NCBI GenBank assembly: GCA_963674745.2
Contig: CAXXDV010000003.1
Span: forward strand, 1,696,001 to 1,760,000
Length of the DNA stretch: 64,000 nt
Reading direction: 5' to 3'
Source of the DNA: Desulfosudaceae bacterium
GTDB lineage: Bacteria > Desulfobacterota > Desulfobacteria > Desulfobacterales > Desulfosudaceae
Of the stretch, positions 29,747-39,314 are shown piece after piece. Numbering within the stretch: the first letter of the stretch is position 1; every line of letters begins with the position of its first letter. The translations under genes and the position numbers were made by a program. The notes below the pieces were generated by a model, which did no database searches, was not told where the DNA came from, and saw only the letters and a list, made by a program, of their open reading frames with translations.

Positions 29747-30663
29747 TGATCGACAGTTTTGAAACCATTGTCAACCAGATCAGCAGCGTTGTTCTGGGCA
29801 AGGAGCCCCAGGTGCGCCTGGCCCTGACCTGCCTTTTTGCCCGCGGGCACCTGCTGATCGAGGATTTTCCCGGAATCGGCAAAACCACCCTGGCCAAGGT
29901 ACTGGCCAGGTGCCTGAACCTCAAGTTTCAACGGTTGCAGTTTACCAGCGACATGTTGCCCGGCGATATTCTGGGCATGTCGATTTTTGATCAGAATAAC
30001 GGCACCTTCAGTTTTTACCCCGGCCCCATTTTCACCCAGGTGCTTCTGGCCGATGAGATCAACCGGGCTACACCCAAAACCCAGAGCGCCCTGCTGGAAG
30101 CCATGGAAGAAGGACAAGTCACGATCGAAGGTAAAACCCGCTCTTTGGACAAACCTTTTTTTGTTATCGCAACCCAGAATCCCCTGGAACATTCGGGCAC
30201 CTTTTCACTTCCGGAATCCCAGATGGACCGCTTCCTGATGCGCATCTCCCTGGGATACCCCGATCGCCAGGCCGAAAAAAGAATCCTGACCGGAGAGGGG
30301 GCGGAAAAAGTGCTGGCCGCCATGGACGCCTGCATGATGACGGACTCCGTCCTTCAGATCCAGGAAGATGTCGAACGGGTCCATGCCTCCGACACCTTTG
30401 TAAACTACCTGCAGGACATTCTTTATTTTACCCGGACCTCCGACCACTTTCATATCGGGCTTTCCCCGCGTGCCGGTCTGGCCCTGAGCCGTGCCGCCCG
30501 ATCCTGGGCCTTCCTGCACGGCCGTGACCATACCGTCCCTGAGGATTTGCAAAAGGTCCTGCCCTGGGTCGTCGGCCACCGTCTTTATCGACGTGAAGAT
30601 CGACGGGAAATTCCCTTTGCCCAGTTGACAAAACTGTTAAGCAGTGTCCCGGTACCGATTTGA
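29743..30663 (+). CDS. MoxR-family AAA+ ATPase
   Basis: HLLIED.PGIGKT, QFTSDMLP.DI, LADEINR..PKTQSALLEAMEE, ATQNP; ATGA overlap with the upstream stop. Confidence 0.93.
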   Translation: MMIDSFETIVNQISSVVLGKEPQVRLALTCLFARGHLLIEDFPGIGKTTLAKVLARCLNLKFQRLQFTSDMLPGDILGMSIFDQNNGTFSFYPGPIFTQVLLADEINRATPKTQSALLEAMEEGQVTIEGKTRSLDKPFFVIATQNPLEHSGTFSLPESQMDRFLMRISLGYPDRQAEKRILTGEGAEKVLAAMDACMMTDSVLQIQEDVERVHASDTFVNYLQDILYFTRTSDHFHIGLSPRAGLALSRAARSWAFLHGRDHTVPEDLQKVLPWVVGHRLYRREDRREIPFAQLTKLLSSVPVPI

Positions 30664-31631
30664 ACCTATTTTACCGCCAGAGGCCATCACGATTGAAGCC
30701 ATACCAAAGGTTCCCTGTAACTCTGGATCATCGCCGGATTTATATATTCCCCACCCGGCACGGCATCCTTTTTCTGGTCGTTCTGATGGCCATGCTGGTA
30801 GGCGCCGTCAACTACAACAACAACCTGGCTTTTATGCTGGTTTTCATGCTGGGCGGCATGACCCTGGTCGGCATGCTGCACACCTATCGTAATCTGTATG
30901 GCCTGCGCCTGTTATCGGCCGCCAGTGAATCTGTTTTTGCCGGCCAGAGGGCCGAATTTGTCTTCAAAGTCGATACCCGGGACCGACCGCGCCGGGCAAT
31001 CGGCTGGTTTTTCAACGACAACCGCCTGGTGGTGGAAAATCTGGAACCGGGAAACGAAGCCCTTGTCCGAATCGGTATGCCAACCAACCGCAGGGGAATC
31101 CTCAGGCCGGACCGGTTAACCGTCTTCAGCCGTTATCCACTTGGCCTGTTTAACGCCTGGACAATTATCAGACCGGACATTACCTGCCTGGTCTATCCAG
31201 CCCCCATTCCCGGGGCTCTGCGTCTGGCACCCGACGAGAATGCGCCGCAGGGGAAAGAAGAGACATCCGCTACGCCTTCGGATCGGCCCGGAACCGATGA
31301 CTTTCATGGTCTGAAGCCCTATCAGCCGGGTCATATGATCGGTCATATTGCCTGGAAGGCCCTCTCCCGGGGCCAGGGTGTATATGTGAAAAACTTTATG
31401 GCTGATCGGCGGGGTGACACCGTCATGCTCGATTATGATCTTATCCGGGCCAAAGACCCGGAAACCCGATTGTCCCGTCTATGCGACATGATCATCAAGG
31501 CCGACGCCACGAACCTGGAATACGGCATCAAGCTTCCGGATGAAATCATTGCCCCGGGCAAAGGCGACCGACACCGGATTTTCTGTCTCAAACGACTGGC
31601 CCTGTTCGGATTGCCGGAAAAAGACCGATGA
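30660..31631 (+). CDS. DUF58 domain protein
   Basis: IYIFPTR.G, NYNNN, YPLGLF, DF.GL..YQPG..IAWK; follows MoxR. Confidence 0.88.
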   Translation: MNLFYRQRPSRLKPYQRFPVTLDHRRIYIFPTRHGILFLVVLMAMLVGAVNYNNNLAFMLVFMLGGMTLVGMLHTYRNLYGLRLLSAASESVFAGQRAEFVFKVDTRDRPRRAIGWFFNDNRLVVENLEPGNEALVRIGMPTNRRGILRPDRLTVFSRYPLGLFNAWTIIRPDITCLVYPAPIPGALRLAPDENAPQGKEETSATPSDRPGTDDFHGLKPYQPGHMIGHIAWKALSRGQGVYVKNFMADRRGDTVMLDYDLIRAKDPETRLSRLCDMIIKADATNLEYGIKLPDEIIAPGKGDRHRIFCLKRLALFGLPEKDR

Positions 31632-33547
31632 TGGAAAACCGCAGGTACATCCCGCCCATAATTGTCGCGCTGGTGGTGGCTATTCTGCCCCACCTGGGCC
31701 GGCTGCCTTTCTGGATAATCGCCTGGTGCGCCTTCATGTGGGGATTCTTGCTTCTGTCCATTCGATCAGGATGGCCCCGCCCGGGCAAATGGCTGAGCAG
31801 GGTGCTGAGCGTTATCGGCCTGATCGGGGTCTTCCTGACTTACGGTCAAAGTTTCGGTCCGAATGCGTTCATGGGGCTGCTGGCGGTTATGGCCGCGATA
31901 AAGCCGTTTGAAATCCGTACCCACCGGGACCGTGTGATTGTCATTTTTCTGGCCTATTTTATCGTGATCACCGGACTGTTCCTGTCCGAATCGCTCATAA
32001 TGACGGGTTATATGCTGATATCGGTCTTTGTCACAACGACCGCCCTGATCCGCATCAACCAGATCAGCGGCTCCTTCCGGAACGATCTGAAACTGGCGGG
32101 CCTGATCGTGGGCCAGGCGATTCCGCTGATGGCCGTTCTTTTTCTGGTTTTCCCCCGAATCCCGGGAAGTTTCTTCGGTCTGTCGCGACTGTATACGGCC
32201 CGTACCGGATTTTCCGATGTTCTTCGGCCCGGCAGTGTGGCCCGACTGGTTGAAGACAAGGCCATCGCTTTCCGGGTGACATTTGACGAACCGGCGCCTC
32301 CCGCGGAAAAACGATACTGGCGGGGAATCGTATTTGAACGGTTTGACGGCCGGCAGTGGTATGCCGCCAAAGGCACGCCGTTGCTGAGGGATTATCCGGC
32401 CGGAGATGACCGGGTATCCTATACGGTCAATCTGGAACCTCATAATCAGCGCTGGCTGTTCGCTCTTGACCTGCCCTTGGAAGCTCCCCGCTGGACGAAT
32501 CTGAGGGCCGATTATACGTTAAGAACCGTCAGGCCCGTCCGCCAAAAAATACGCTACCGGATGACCTCGCTGATCGACTACCGGACCCGGGGCACCAGCA
32601 GGATGATTGAACCTGCCCTTCAGCTGCCGCCGGACGGAAACCCCCTGGCCAGGGACCTGGCCAGGCAGCTGGCCGGTAACGCCGGGTCGGCCGTGGAAAA
32701 AGCCGAACGGATAATGGCCTATTTTAAAAGCCGGAATTTTGTGTACACATTGCAGCCGCCGCCGCTGGGCGATCATCCCGTGGACGACTTTTTCACCCGT
32801 ACCCGAAGCGGTTATTGTGAGCACTATGCCTCGGCTTTTGCCTTTATGATGCGGGCTTTAGACGTGCCGGCCCGTGTGGTCGGCGGATACCTGGGCGGAG
32901 AGATCAATCCCTATGGAAATTATCTGCTGATTCGCCAATCGCACGCCCATGTCTGGGTTGAAATCTGGCAGGAAGATCTGGGTTGGCGACGTGTTGACCC
33001 GACCACCGCTGTAATGCCGGATCGTATTTCGACCGGTATGGCATCTGCCCTGTCCCGTGAAACCGGGAAAAGGCCACTGGCCGCTTTTTTCAACCGGCTT
33101 AAATTGCGATGGGACGCTGTCAGCACAGCCTGGGAGGAATGGTTCACCGGCTATTCCCATGAGGAACAGCAGGCACTTCTGGATCGTCTGGGACTCGCCT
33201 GGCAGGGATGGACCAGGACCGCCAGGCTGCTGGGGCTGGTCCTGGCGATAGTGACTCTGTTTGCCGTCGGATATTCGATTTATTTCTTTCTTCCCGGCAG
33301 AAAAACCGAGGACAAGATTACCCGCGGTTACAGACAATTTTTAAAAAAAATGACCCGTGCGGGTTTTCATAAACAACCCGCCCAGGCAGCAGGCGACTTT
33401 GCCCGGGAGATTTGCCTTAAACGGCCTGACCTGGCTGAAACTGTCAACGAGATCACCCGTCTTTACGTTCGGCTGCGGTTTCAAAAAGAAGCGGAAGAGA
33501 ATACCTTGAGCCGTTTCCAAAAGGCGATAAGGGTTTTTACCCCCTGA
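31628..33547 (+). CDS. TgpA-like transglutaminase (DUF3488 + transglutaminase + DUF4129)
   Basis: TGFSD.LRPG, YWRG, GYCEHYA, PARVVGGY.GGE, HAHVWVE, W.RVDPT. Confidence 0.9.
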   Translation: MMENRRYIPPIIVALVVAILPHLGRLPFWIIAWCAFMWGFLLLSIRSGWPRPGKWLSRVLSVIGLIGVFLTYGQSFGPNAFMGLLAVMAAIKPFEIRTHRDRVIVIFLAYFIVITGLFLSESLIMTGYMLISVFVTTTALIRINQISGSFRNDLKLAGLIVGQAIPLMAVLFLVFPRIPGSFFGLSRLYTARTGFSDVLRPGSVARLVEDKAIAFRVTFDEPAPPAEKRYWRGIVFERFDGRQWYAAKGTPLLRDYPAGDDRVSYTVNLEPHNQRWLFALDLPLEAPRWTNLRADYTLRTVRPVRQKIRYRMTSLIDYRTRGTSRMIEPALQLPPDGNPLARDLARQLAGNAGSAVEKAERIMAYFKSRNFVYTLQPPPLGDHPVDDFFTRTRSGYCEHYASAFAFMMRALDVPARVVGGYLGGEINPYGNYLLIRQSHAHVWVEIWQEDLGWRRVDPTTAVMPDRISTGMASALSRETGKRPLAAFFNRLKLRWDAVSTAWEEWFTGYSHEEQQALLDRLGLAWQGWTRTARLLGLVLAIVTLFAVGYSIYFFLPGRKTEDKITRGYRQFLKKMTRAGFHKQPAQAAGDFAREICLKRPDLAETVNEITRLYVRLRFQKEAEENTLSRFQKAIRVFTP

Positions 33548-33735
33548 TCCGGGCATTCTGAGGGGCCGTCCGTTTATCCAACCCGGTACCCATATGATAA
33601 GCCCTGCCGGTTCCAGAGGCCCTTGAGCGCCTGAAGCCTTGTCTGTCGCTAATTTAACGGCCGTCAACCACAACCAAAACAACCTTTAGAACGATTGACA
33701 ATGATTTACCGGATCTGTTATATGAAACATAAATA

Positions 33736-34812
33736 ATGTGGAACGATTATGTTGCCGCCGAACCGCAACCTGATAATACCCGAAGGCCCATGGACGCCCC
33801 TCAAAAAAGACACCTTTTTTTCATTCTGATCGACACCGGGATGCTGGTCATCCTGACGGTCAACCTGGTCTGGATTGTTTTTGACGGGCTTTTCGGCATC
33901 GCCCTGATTCAGGACGGACTTGAAGCCCTTTCCGGTCGATTCGTGTCATTCTACATGCCGATTCACCGGAATTTCTTCTTTTATGACATGGCCTTTGTCA
34001 GTATTTACATTACGGAATTTCTCATCCAGTGGGTGCTTGCCATCAAGCGGGACATCTATCACCGCTGGTTTTTTTACCCCTTCATTCACTGGTATGATAT
34101 TGTCGGCTGCATCCCGGTGAACACGTTCCGCTTTGTGCGTATTTTCCGGGTTATCTCTATTCTGAACGGCATGCAGAAAATGGGCTGGATCGATTTCCGG
34201 CGCAGCTTTGCCTTCCGGGTCCTGGGAAAATATTACAATATTTTCACCGAAGAAATTTCAGACCGGGTGATGGTCAATGTGCTGGGAGAAATGCAGTCAC
34301 AGGTTCAGCAGGGATCTCCGGTGCTGGATAAAATTGCCGACCAGGTCATCAAATCCCGGAAACCGGAAATGGTCAAATGGTTTTCCCGCAAGATGCAGCA
34401 TGTGGTTGCTGAAAATTACGGGAATTTCAAAGATGATATCCGGGACTATGTCGACCTGCGTGTTCGGGATGCCGCAAAACGCAGCAGAGAGCTGACCATT
34501 ATCAGACGAACGGTTCCGTTAGTGGGTGGCATCGCGGTCAAAAACATTGAAAAAATTGTCGCCGACGTGGTATTTGAAATCATCAACGGCATGGTTGAAG
34601 ACCTTTCGGAGAACAACCTCGAAGAGCTGTTTGACCAGGTTGCCGATATTCTTCTGGGGTCACTGCTGGTCAAAGGTGAAGACCAGGATCTGAACCGGGC
34701 CGTGACCGAAGCAATGGTTCAGGCGCTTGAAATCATCAAAGACCAGGTCCGGGTTCAGCAATGGAAACTGCGGGAAAACACCCTTAAGGAACTTTCCATT
34801 CAATCAACATGA
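33736..34812 (+). CDS. Membrane protein with a voltage-sensor-like S1-S4 region and a soluble helical C-terminus
   Basis: F..I...EF (S2), WYD..GCIP (S3), FRFVRIFRV (S4-like RxxRxxR); no pore helices follow. Confidence 0.65.
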   Translation: MWNDYVAAEPQPDNTRRPMDAPQKRHLFFILIDTGMLVILTVNLVWIVFDGLFGIALIQDGLEALSGRFVSFYMPIHRNFFFYDMAFVSIYITEFLIQWVLAIKRDIYHRWFFYPFIHWYDIVGCIPVNTFRFVRIFRVISILNGMQKMGWIDFRRSFAFRVLGKYYNIFTEEISDRVMVNVLGEMQSQVQQGSPVLDKIADQVIKSRKPEMVKWFSRKMQHVVAENYGNFKDDIRDYVDLRVRDAAKRSRELTIIRRTVPLVGGIAVKNIEKIVADVVFEIINGMVEDLSENNLEELFDQVADILLGSLLVKGEDQDLNRAVTEAMVQALEIIKDQVRVQQWKLRENTLKELSIQST

Positions 34813-37073
34813 AAAAAGACAGGCCCTACAAAAAAAGAGCATTTCTGTCTTCCCTGAAAATAATCATCCCCCTGTGGGTGACCTTTCTGCTGTTTTGTTT
34901 AAGCACCCTGGTTTTTTTCGTACCTTCTGTAAAAAACAATCTGATTGACCAGAAACGGCAGACCATCCGTGAATTGACCGAGAGCACCTGGAGCCTCCTG
35001 AACGAGTACCATCAACGTGTTGAAAGGGGCGAACTGAGTCGTGAGAAAGCCCAGTCAAGGGTGATTGACCGCATTCGCCACATGCGCTATGGCCCGCAGG
35101 GAAAAGATTATTTCTGGATCAATGACCTTCATCCCAGAATGATCATGCATCCCTATTTCCCGGAACTGGAAGGTAAGGATCTGTCCGGTTATACCGACCC
35201 GGAGGGCAAAAGGCTTTTTGTCTCGGTCGTGAACGCCGTTCAAAAACATGGTGCGGGTTATGTGGATTATCTATGGCAATGGAAGGATGATCCGGGTCGG
35301 ATAGCCCCAAAAATATCCTTCGTCAAACTGTTTGAACCCTGGGGATGGGTAATCGGCACCGGACTTTATATCGGAGATGTACAAAAAGAAATCAGCGCCC
35401 TGTTAGAGAACCTGTATGAAATTCTGGGGGTGTTGATGTTCATGGTGCTGGTATTATCTTTATACATCACCTGGCAGGTAATCAGCACCGAGGACAAACG
35501 GGACAAAGCCCAGGCCTCGCTTCGGGAAAGCGAAGAAAAATACCGGATACTGGCTGAAAATGCCAATGACCTCATCTGGACCACGGATGCCGAATTACAG
35601 CCCACCTATATCAGCCCTTCTGTTGAACGCATAAGAGGGCTTACGCCGGAAGAAGCCCGGCGTCAGCCTTTACAAGACAACCTGACACCGGAATCATACA
35701 AAAAGGTGATGTCGACTTTTTATGACGCCATGGGAAAGGAGTCCCGGGGAGAACCGATAACCGGACCGATTGTACTGGAACTGGAGTCCCGACGTAAAGA
35801 CGGTTCAACGGTATGGCTAGAAAACAGTATCTCCCCTATCCGGGGGGAAAGCGGCGAACTGGCCGGACTGCTGGGTATCGGCCGGGATTTGACAGAGCGC
35901 AAGCGGACCGAAGCCGAAACCGGCCGCCTTGAAGAACAGCTTCGACAGGCTCAGAAGATGGAGGCCATCGGCACCCTGGCCGGCGGCATCGCCCACGACT
36001 TTAACAATATACTGGCACCCCTGGTAGGCTATGCCGAAATGCTGATCGAAGATCTTCCGGACAACCATCCGCTCCAGGTAAATGCCAGAATCATGCTGTC
36101 GGCCGCTTTGCGGGCCAGGGACCTTGTTCAACAGATATTGACTTTCAGCCGGAAACTGGAATCGGAAATTAAACCCATACGGCTTCAACAGATCATTAAA
36201 GAAAGCCTCAAACTGCTCAGATCGTCCATTCCCGCCAATATCGCAATTCATAACCATATTGATTCGGATTGCGGCCCGGTCAACGCCGATCCGACCAAGT
36301 TTCATCAGGTAATAATGAACCTGGCCACCAATGCGTATCATGCCATGGAAGAAACCGGCGGAGCGCTTACTGTCACCCTGAAAGAGATCCGGGTAGAAAC
36401 AAACGATCCCGCCCCGTCCGGGCTTCTTCCCGGCCGGTACGCCCGATTAAGTGTAGCCGACACGGGAGTGGGCATTAAACAGGAAGACATGAATAAAATT
36501 TTTGACCCTTACTATACCACCAAAGAAATCGGCAAGGGAACCGGATTGGGTTTATCGGTCGTACACGGTATCATTCAAGAACTGGGCGGCCTTATCGAGA
36601 TCTCCAGTGAACCGCACCGTGGCACCCGGATAGACCTTTATCTGCCGGTTATCGAAGACATTGACGGGCGCCAGGTAATCGTGCAGGACACCATCCCATT
36701 GGGTTCAGAGCACATACTCCTGGTTGATGATGAAAACGCCGTTATCCGCATGGTTGAACAGATGTTGACGCGACTGGGATATACGACGACGACCAGGACC
36801 GCCAGCATTGAAGCATATGAAGCATTTAAAGCCAATCCGGACCGATTCGATCTGGTCATGACCGACATGAGCATGCCCAACATGACCGGTATTCAGCTGG
36901 CACAAAAAATCAAGACGATCCGAAAAAACTTACCCATTGTGATCTGTACCGGATTCAGTGACCAGATAAATGATGAAAAATGCCATGCGCTCGGGATCCA
37001 GGGGTACCTGATGAAGCCCCTGGTCATCGGAGATCTTGCCGTAACCCTGCGAAAGGTCCTTGATTCGGCTTGA
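34809..37073 (+). CDS. Hybrid sensor histidine kinase (Cache, PAS, HisKA, HATPase, receiver)
   Basis: YFWIND..PRMIMHP Cache, PAS, AHDFNN, GKGTGLGLS, LLVDDE...TDMSMP...KP. Confidence 0.93.
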   Translation: MKKDRPYKKRAFLSSLKIIIPLWVTFLLFCLSTLVFFVPSVKNNLIDQKRQTIRELTESTWSLLNEYHQRVERGELSREKAQSRVIDRIRHMRYGPQGKDYFWINDLHPRMIMHPYFPELEGKDLSGYTDPEGKRLFVSVVNAVQKHGAGYVDYLWQWKDDPGRIAPKISFVKLFEPWGWVIGTGLYIGDVQKEISALLENLYEILGVLMFMVLVLSLYITWQVISTEDKRDKAQASLRESEEKYRILAENANDLIWTTDAELQPTYISPSVERIRGLTPEEARRQPLQDNLTPESYKKVMSTFYDAMGKESRGEPITGPIVLELESRRKDGSTVWLENSISPIRGESGELAGLLGIGRDLTERKRTEAETGRLEEQLRQAQKMEAIGTLAGGIAHDFNNILAPLVGYAEMLIEDLPDNHPLQVNARIMLSAALRARDLVQQILTFSRKLESEIKPIRLQQIIKESLKLLRSSIPANIAIHNHIDSDCGPVNADPTKFHQVIMNLATNAYHAMEETGGALTVTLKEIRVETNDPAPSGLLPGRYARLSVADTGVGIKQEDMNKIFDPYYTTKEIGKGTGLGLSVVHGIIQELGGLIEISSEPHRGTRIDLYLPVIEDIDGRQVIVQDTIPLGSEHILLVDDENAVIRMVEQMLTRLGYTTTTRTASIEAYEAFKANPDRFDLVMTDMSMPNMTGIQLAQKIKTIRKNLPIVICTGFSDQINDEKCHALGIQGYLMKPLVIGDLAVTLRKVLDSA

Positions 37074-37145
37074 ATAAACAAAGGGGGAGGTTACGAATGT
37101 TGCATTAAATATGATAGTATTCAATAATACGGATTCAAATGAACA

Positions 37146-38339
37146 ATGCCTGATGCAACCACCAATTATGAAAAGGAATCGGGTATGAAAATCAAAAAAA
37201 TTTTAAAATCGGTAAAAGAAAAAAAAGTCCCGCAGATCCGATGTTTTCCCGAAGGGATGGTGGGTGCCGCGGCCGCTGCCAGCAGTTTCCGGGGAAAATT
37301 TTCAAAGCTTACGCCTATTGAACGGCTGCTCACCACGTTCAAGCATAAAGAACCGGATAGAGTTCCGGTCGTTCCTCTGGCCAATGCCGTGGCCAGAAGA
37401 ATTACCGGCATCTCTTTTCCGGAATATTCCACCAACCCGGAAAAAACCGCTGAAGCGTTATGCGCCTCGGTGAATTTCGTGGGCGGCGACCTGGTGGTGA
37501 TGATGATTGACTTATCGGTTGAAGCGGCCGATTTCGGTCAGGAAGTGATCTATCCGTTAAACTCCACCGCACACCCTAACTACCTGAATCCTTTCATCAA
37601 AGATGTGGATGATTATCTGAAAATAAAACCCATTGATCTGTCTACGACCACCAGAATGAAAGGGATTGTCAGGATGTGTGAAATCATGTCCGACCCGAAA
37701 ACATGCCCCGTACCCGTTTCCGGGTTTGTCTACGGCCCCCTGGAAATACTAATGATGATGCGGGGTGCAAAAGACTTTTATAAAGATTGCCGGAATTACC
37801 CTGACCACGTAAAAAAAGCATGCGCGGCGATAACGGAAACGCTTCTGGCGTATGTTAAAGCACAATCCGATACCGGTATTCATGCCATAACCATTGATAC
37901 ACTGCTGGCATCCTGGAACGCATTACCTAAAAAAGTCTGGTCGGATCTTGAGGGTGACTTCACCGGTGAAATTACCCGATGTGTTAAGGACAACGGTTGT
38001 CTTGTCGGTATTCATAACTGCGGTGACGGTGTTTATTTTGATGCCCAGATAAAGGCCATGGCCCCGGACTTCATCAGTTTTGCCCAGCTGCCGGACGACT
38101 GCAGCACCCCCCGTGAAATGAAAGAAAAATATGGTGACCAGATAACCCTGGTGGGGTATGTGCACACCCCGACGATCGTCAACGGCACCCCCCAGCAGGT
38201 GATGGATGAAGCCAGAGAACAAATCGACATTCTTGCCCGGGACGGAGGGTTTGTACTGGCACCCGGTTGTGAATATCCGCCTAATTTATCACTTGAAAAT
38301 GCGTTCGCGCTGGTCAAGGCGGCGGAACTGTATTCATAA
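37146..38339 (+). CDS. Uroporphyrinogen-decarboxylase-fold methylcobamide:thiol methyltransferase-like protein (MtaA/CmuA family)
   Basis: PDRVPV, DLSVEAADFG, HNCG and APGCE Zn ligands; probable start 37185. Confidence 0.8.
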   Translation: MPDATTNYEKESGMKIKKILKSVKEKKVPQIRCFPEGMVGAAAAASSFRGKFSKLTPIERLLTTFKHKEPDRVPVVPLANAVARRITGISFPEYSTNPEKTAEALCASVNFVGGDLVVMMIDLSVEAADFGQEVIYPLNSTAHPNYLNPFIKDVDDYLKIKPIDLSTTTRMKGIVRMCEIMSDPKTCPVPVSGFVYGPLEILMMMRGAKDFYKDCRNYPDHVKKACAAITETLLAYVKAQSDTGIHAITIDTLLASWNALPKKVWSDLEGDFTGEITRCVKDNGCLVGIHNCGDGVYFDAQIKAMAPDFISFAQLPDDCSTPREMKEKYGDQITLVGYVHTPTIVNGTPQQVMDEAREQIDILARDGGFVLAPGCEYPPNLSLENAFALVKAAELYS

Positions 38340-38371
38340 AATTCACATTCTATTTGAAAGGGAGAAGCATA

Positions 38372-39064
38372 ATGACCGCATCTTCTGCAATATTAAACGA
38401 TATTGAAAAAGCCGTATTGTCACAGGACCCGGATAGTGTTGACGCAATTTTTCAGGAAGCGGCCGTTGCCGACCTGGATGCCGACCTGCTTTTGGGTGCG
38501 TTGACCAAAGGCCTTGATGAAGCCCGTAAACAGCTGGGCGACATGACCACCAGTGTTGGCGACTTTCTGCTGTCTGTCGATGCCGTCAGATGCGGTTTGT
38601 CACACCTTAAAGAAAGAATGGTTCCGAATGATGGTAAACAAAAACGGGCGGTCCTGGGTGTCGCTCCCGGCGAGGTGCATAATCTGGGTATTTACATTAT
38701 CTCCGGCGTGATGGAGGCGCTGGGATACGACGTGATCTGCCTGGAACAGGACACGGATACCGATGTTTTCATAAACGAACTCAAACGTATGGACGCCTCG
38801 ATCCTTGGTGTTTCTTCAATGATGACCACTACCCTGGCGGGAATGCAGGACATTATTGTCCGCTGTAACCGTGAACTGCCGGATGTTAAAATTCTCGTCG
38901 GCGGTGCCTGCATGGATGAAAAAATGGCGACATCAATGGGTGCCGATGGATTTGCCGAATCTGCAGTTGATCTTCCCGGATCATTGGATAAACTCGATTC
39001 CCAGGGAACCTATAAACGAAGATATATGGATTATGATAAAAAGGTCCAGGTAACCGAATATTAA
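38372..39064 (+). CDS. Corrinoid (B12-binding) protein
   Basis: GEVHNLG (DxHxxG variant), SSMMTTT, VGGA, GADGFAE; N-terminal cap domain; GGAG RBS before ATG 38372. Confidence 0.85.
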   Translation: MTASSAILNDIEKAVLSQDPDSVDAIFQEAAVADLDADLLLGALTKGLDEARKQLGDMTTSVGDFLLSVDAVRCGLSHLKERMVPNDGKQKRAVLGVAPGEVHNLGIYIISGVMEALGYDVICLEQDTDTDVFINELKRMDASILGVSSMMTTTLAGMQDIIVRCNRELPDVKILVGGACMDEKMATSMGADGFAESAVDLPGSLDKLDSQGTYKRRYMDYDKKVQVTEY

Positions 39065-39226
39065 CCCGCAACCCCCGGAACACTTTTGCCTGCCTGATTT
39101 TATCCGCCATCAACGCAAAGCATTGCAACTGATATTTACCTTGCGCTCGGTGTAAGGCGGCCCGGTTGATGCGCCGACAGTCTTTTCCTGTCCTGGATAT
39201 AGTATTTTTTCGAGTGTAGAAAAAAA

Positions 39227-39255
39227 TTGACAAGACCGGTCCCTTCTTTCATACT
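39227..39255 (+). promoter_or_regulatory. Sigma70-type promoter
   Basis: TTGACA-N17-CATACT. Confidence 0.6.
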
Positions 39256-39314
39256 CATATGCTTTGGAGATATGGACTTAATTTCTAATTAACGAAACCG
39301 GGACCGGTTACCAC

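Noticed and set aside
39100..39180. ACGCAAAGC plus hairpins, suggesting a c-di-GMP-I riboswitch
   Set aside because: No GGCAAAC/GNRA P2 stem, and it lies upstream of the predicted promoter at 39227
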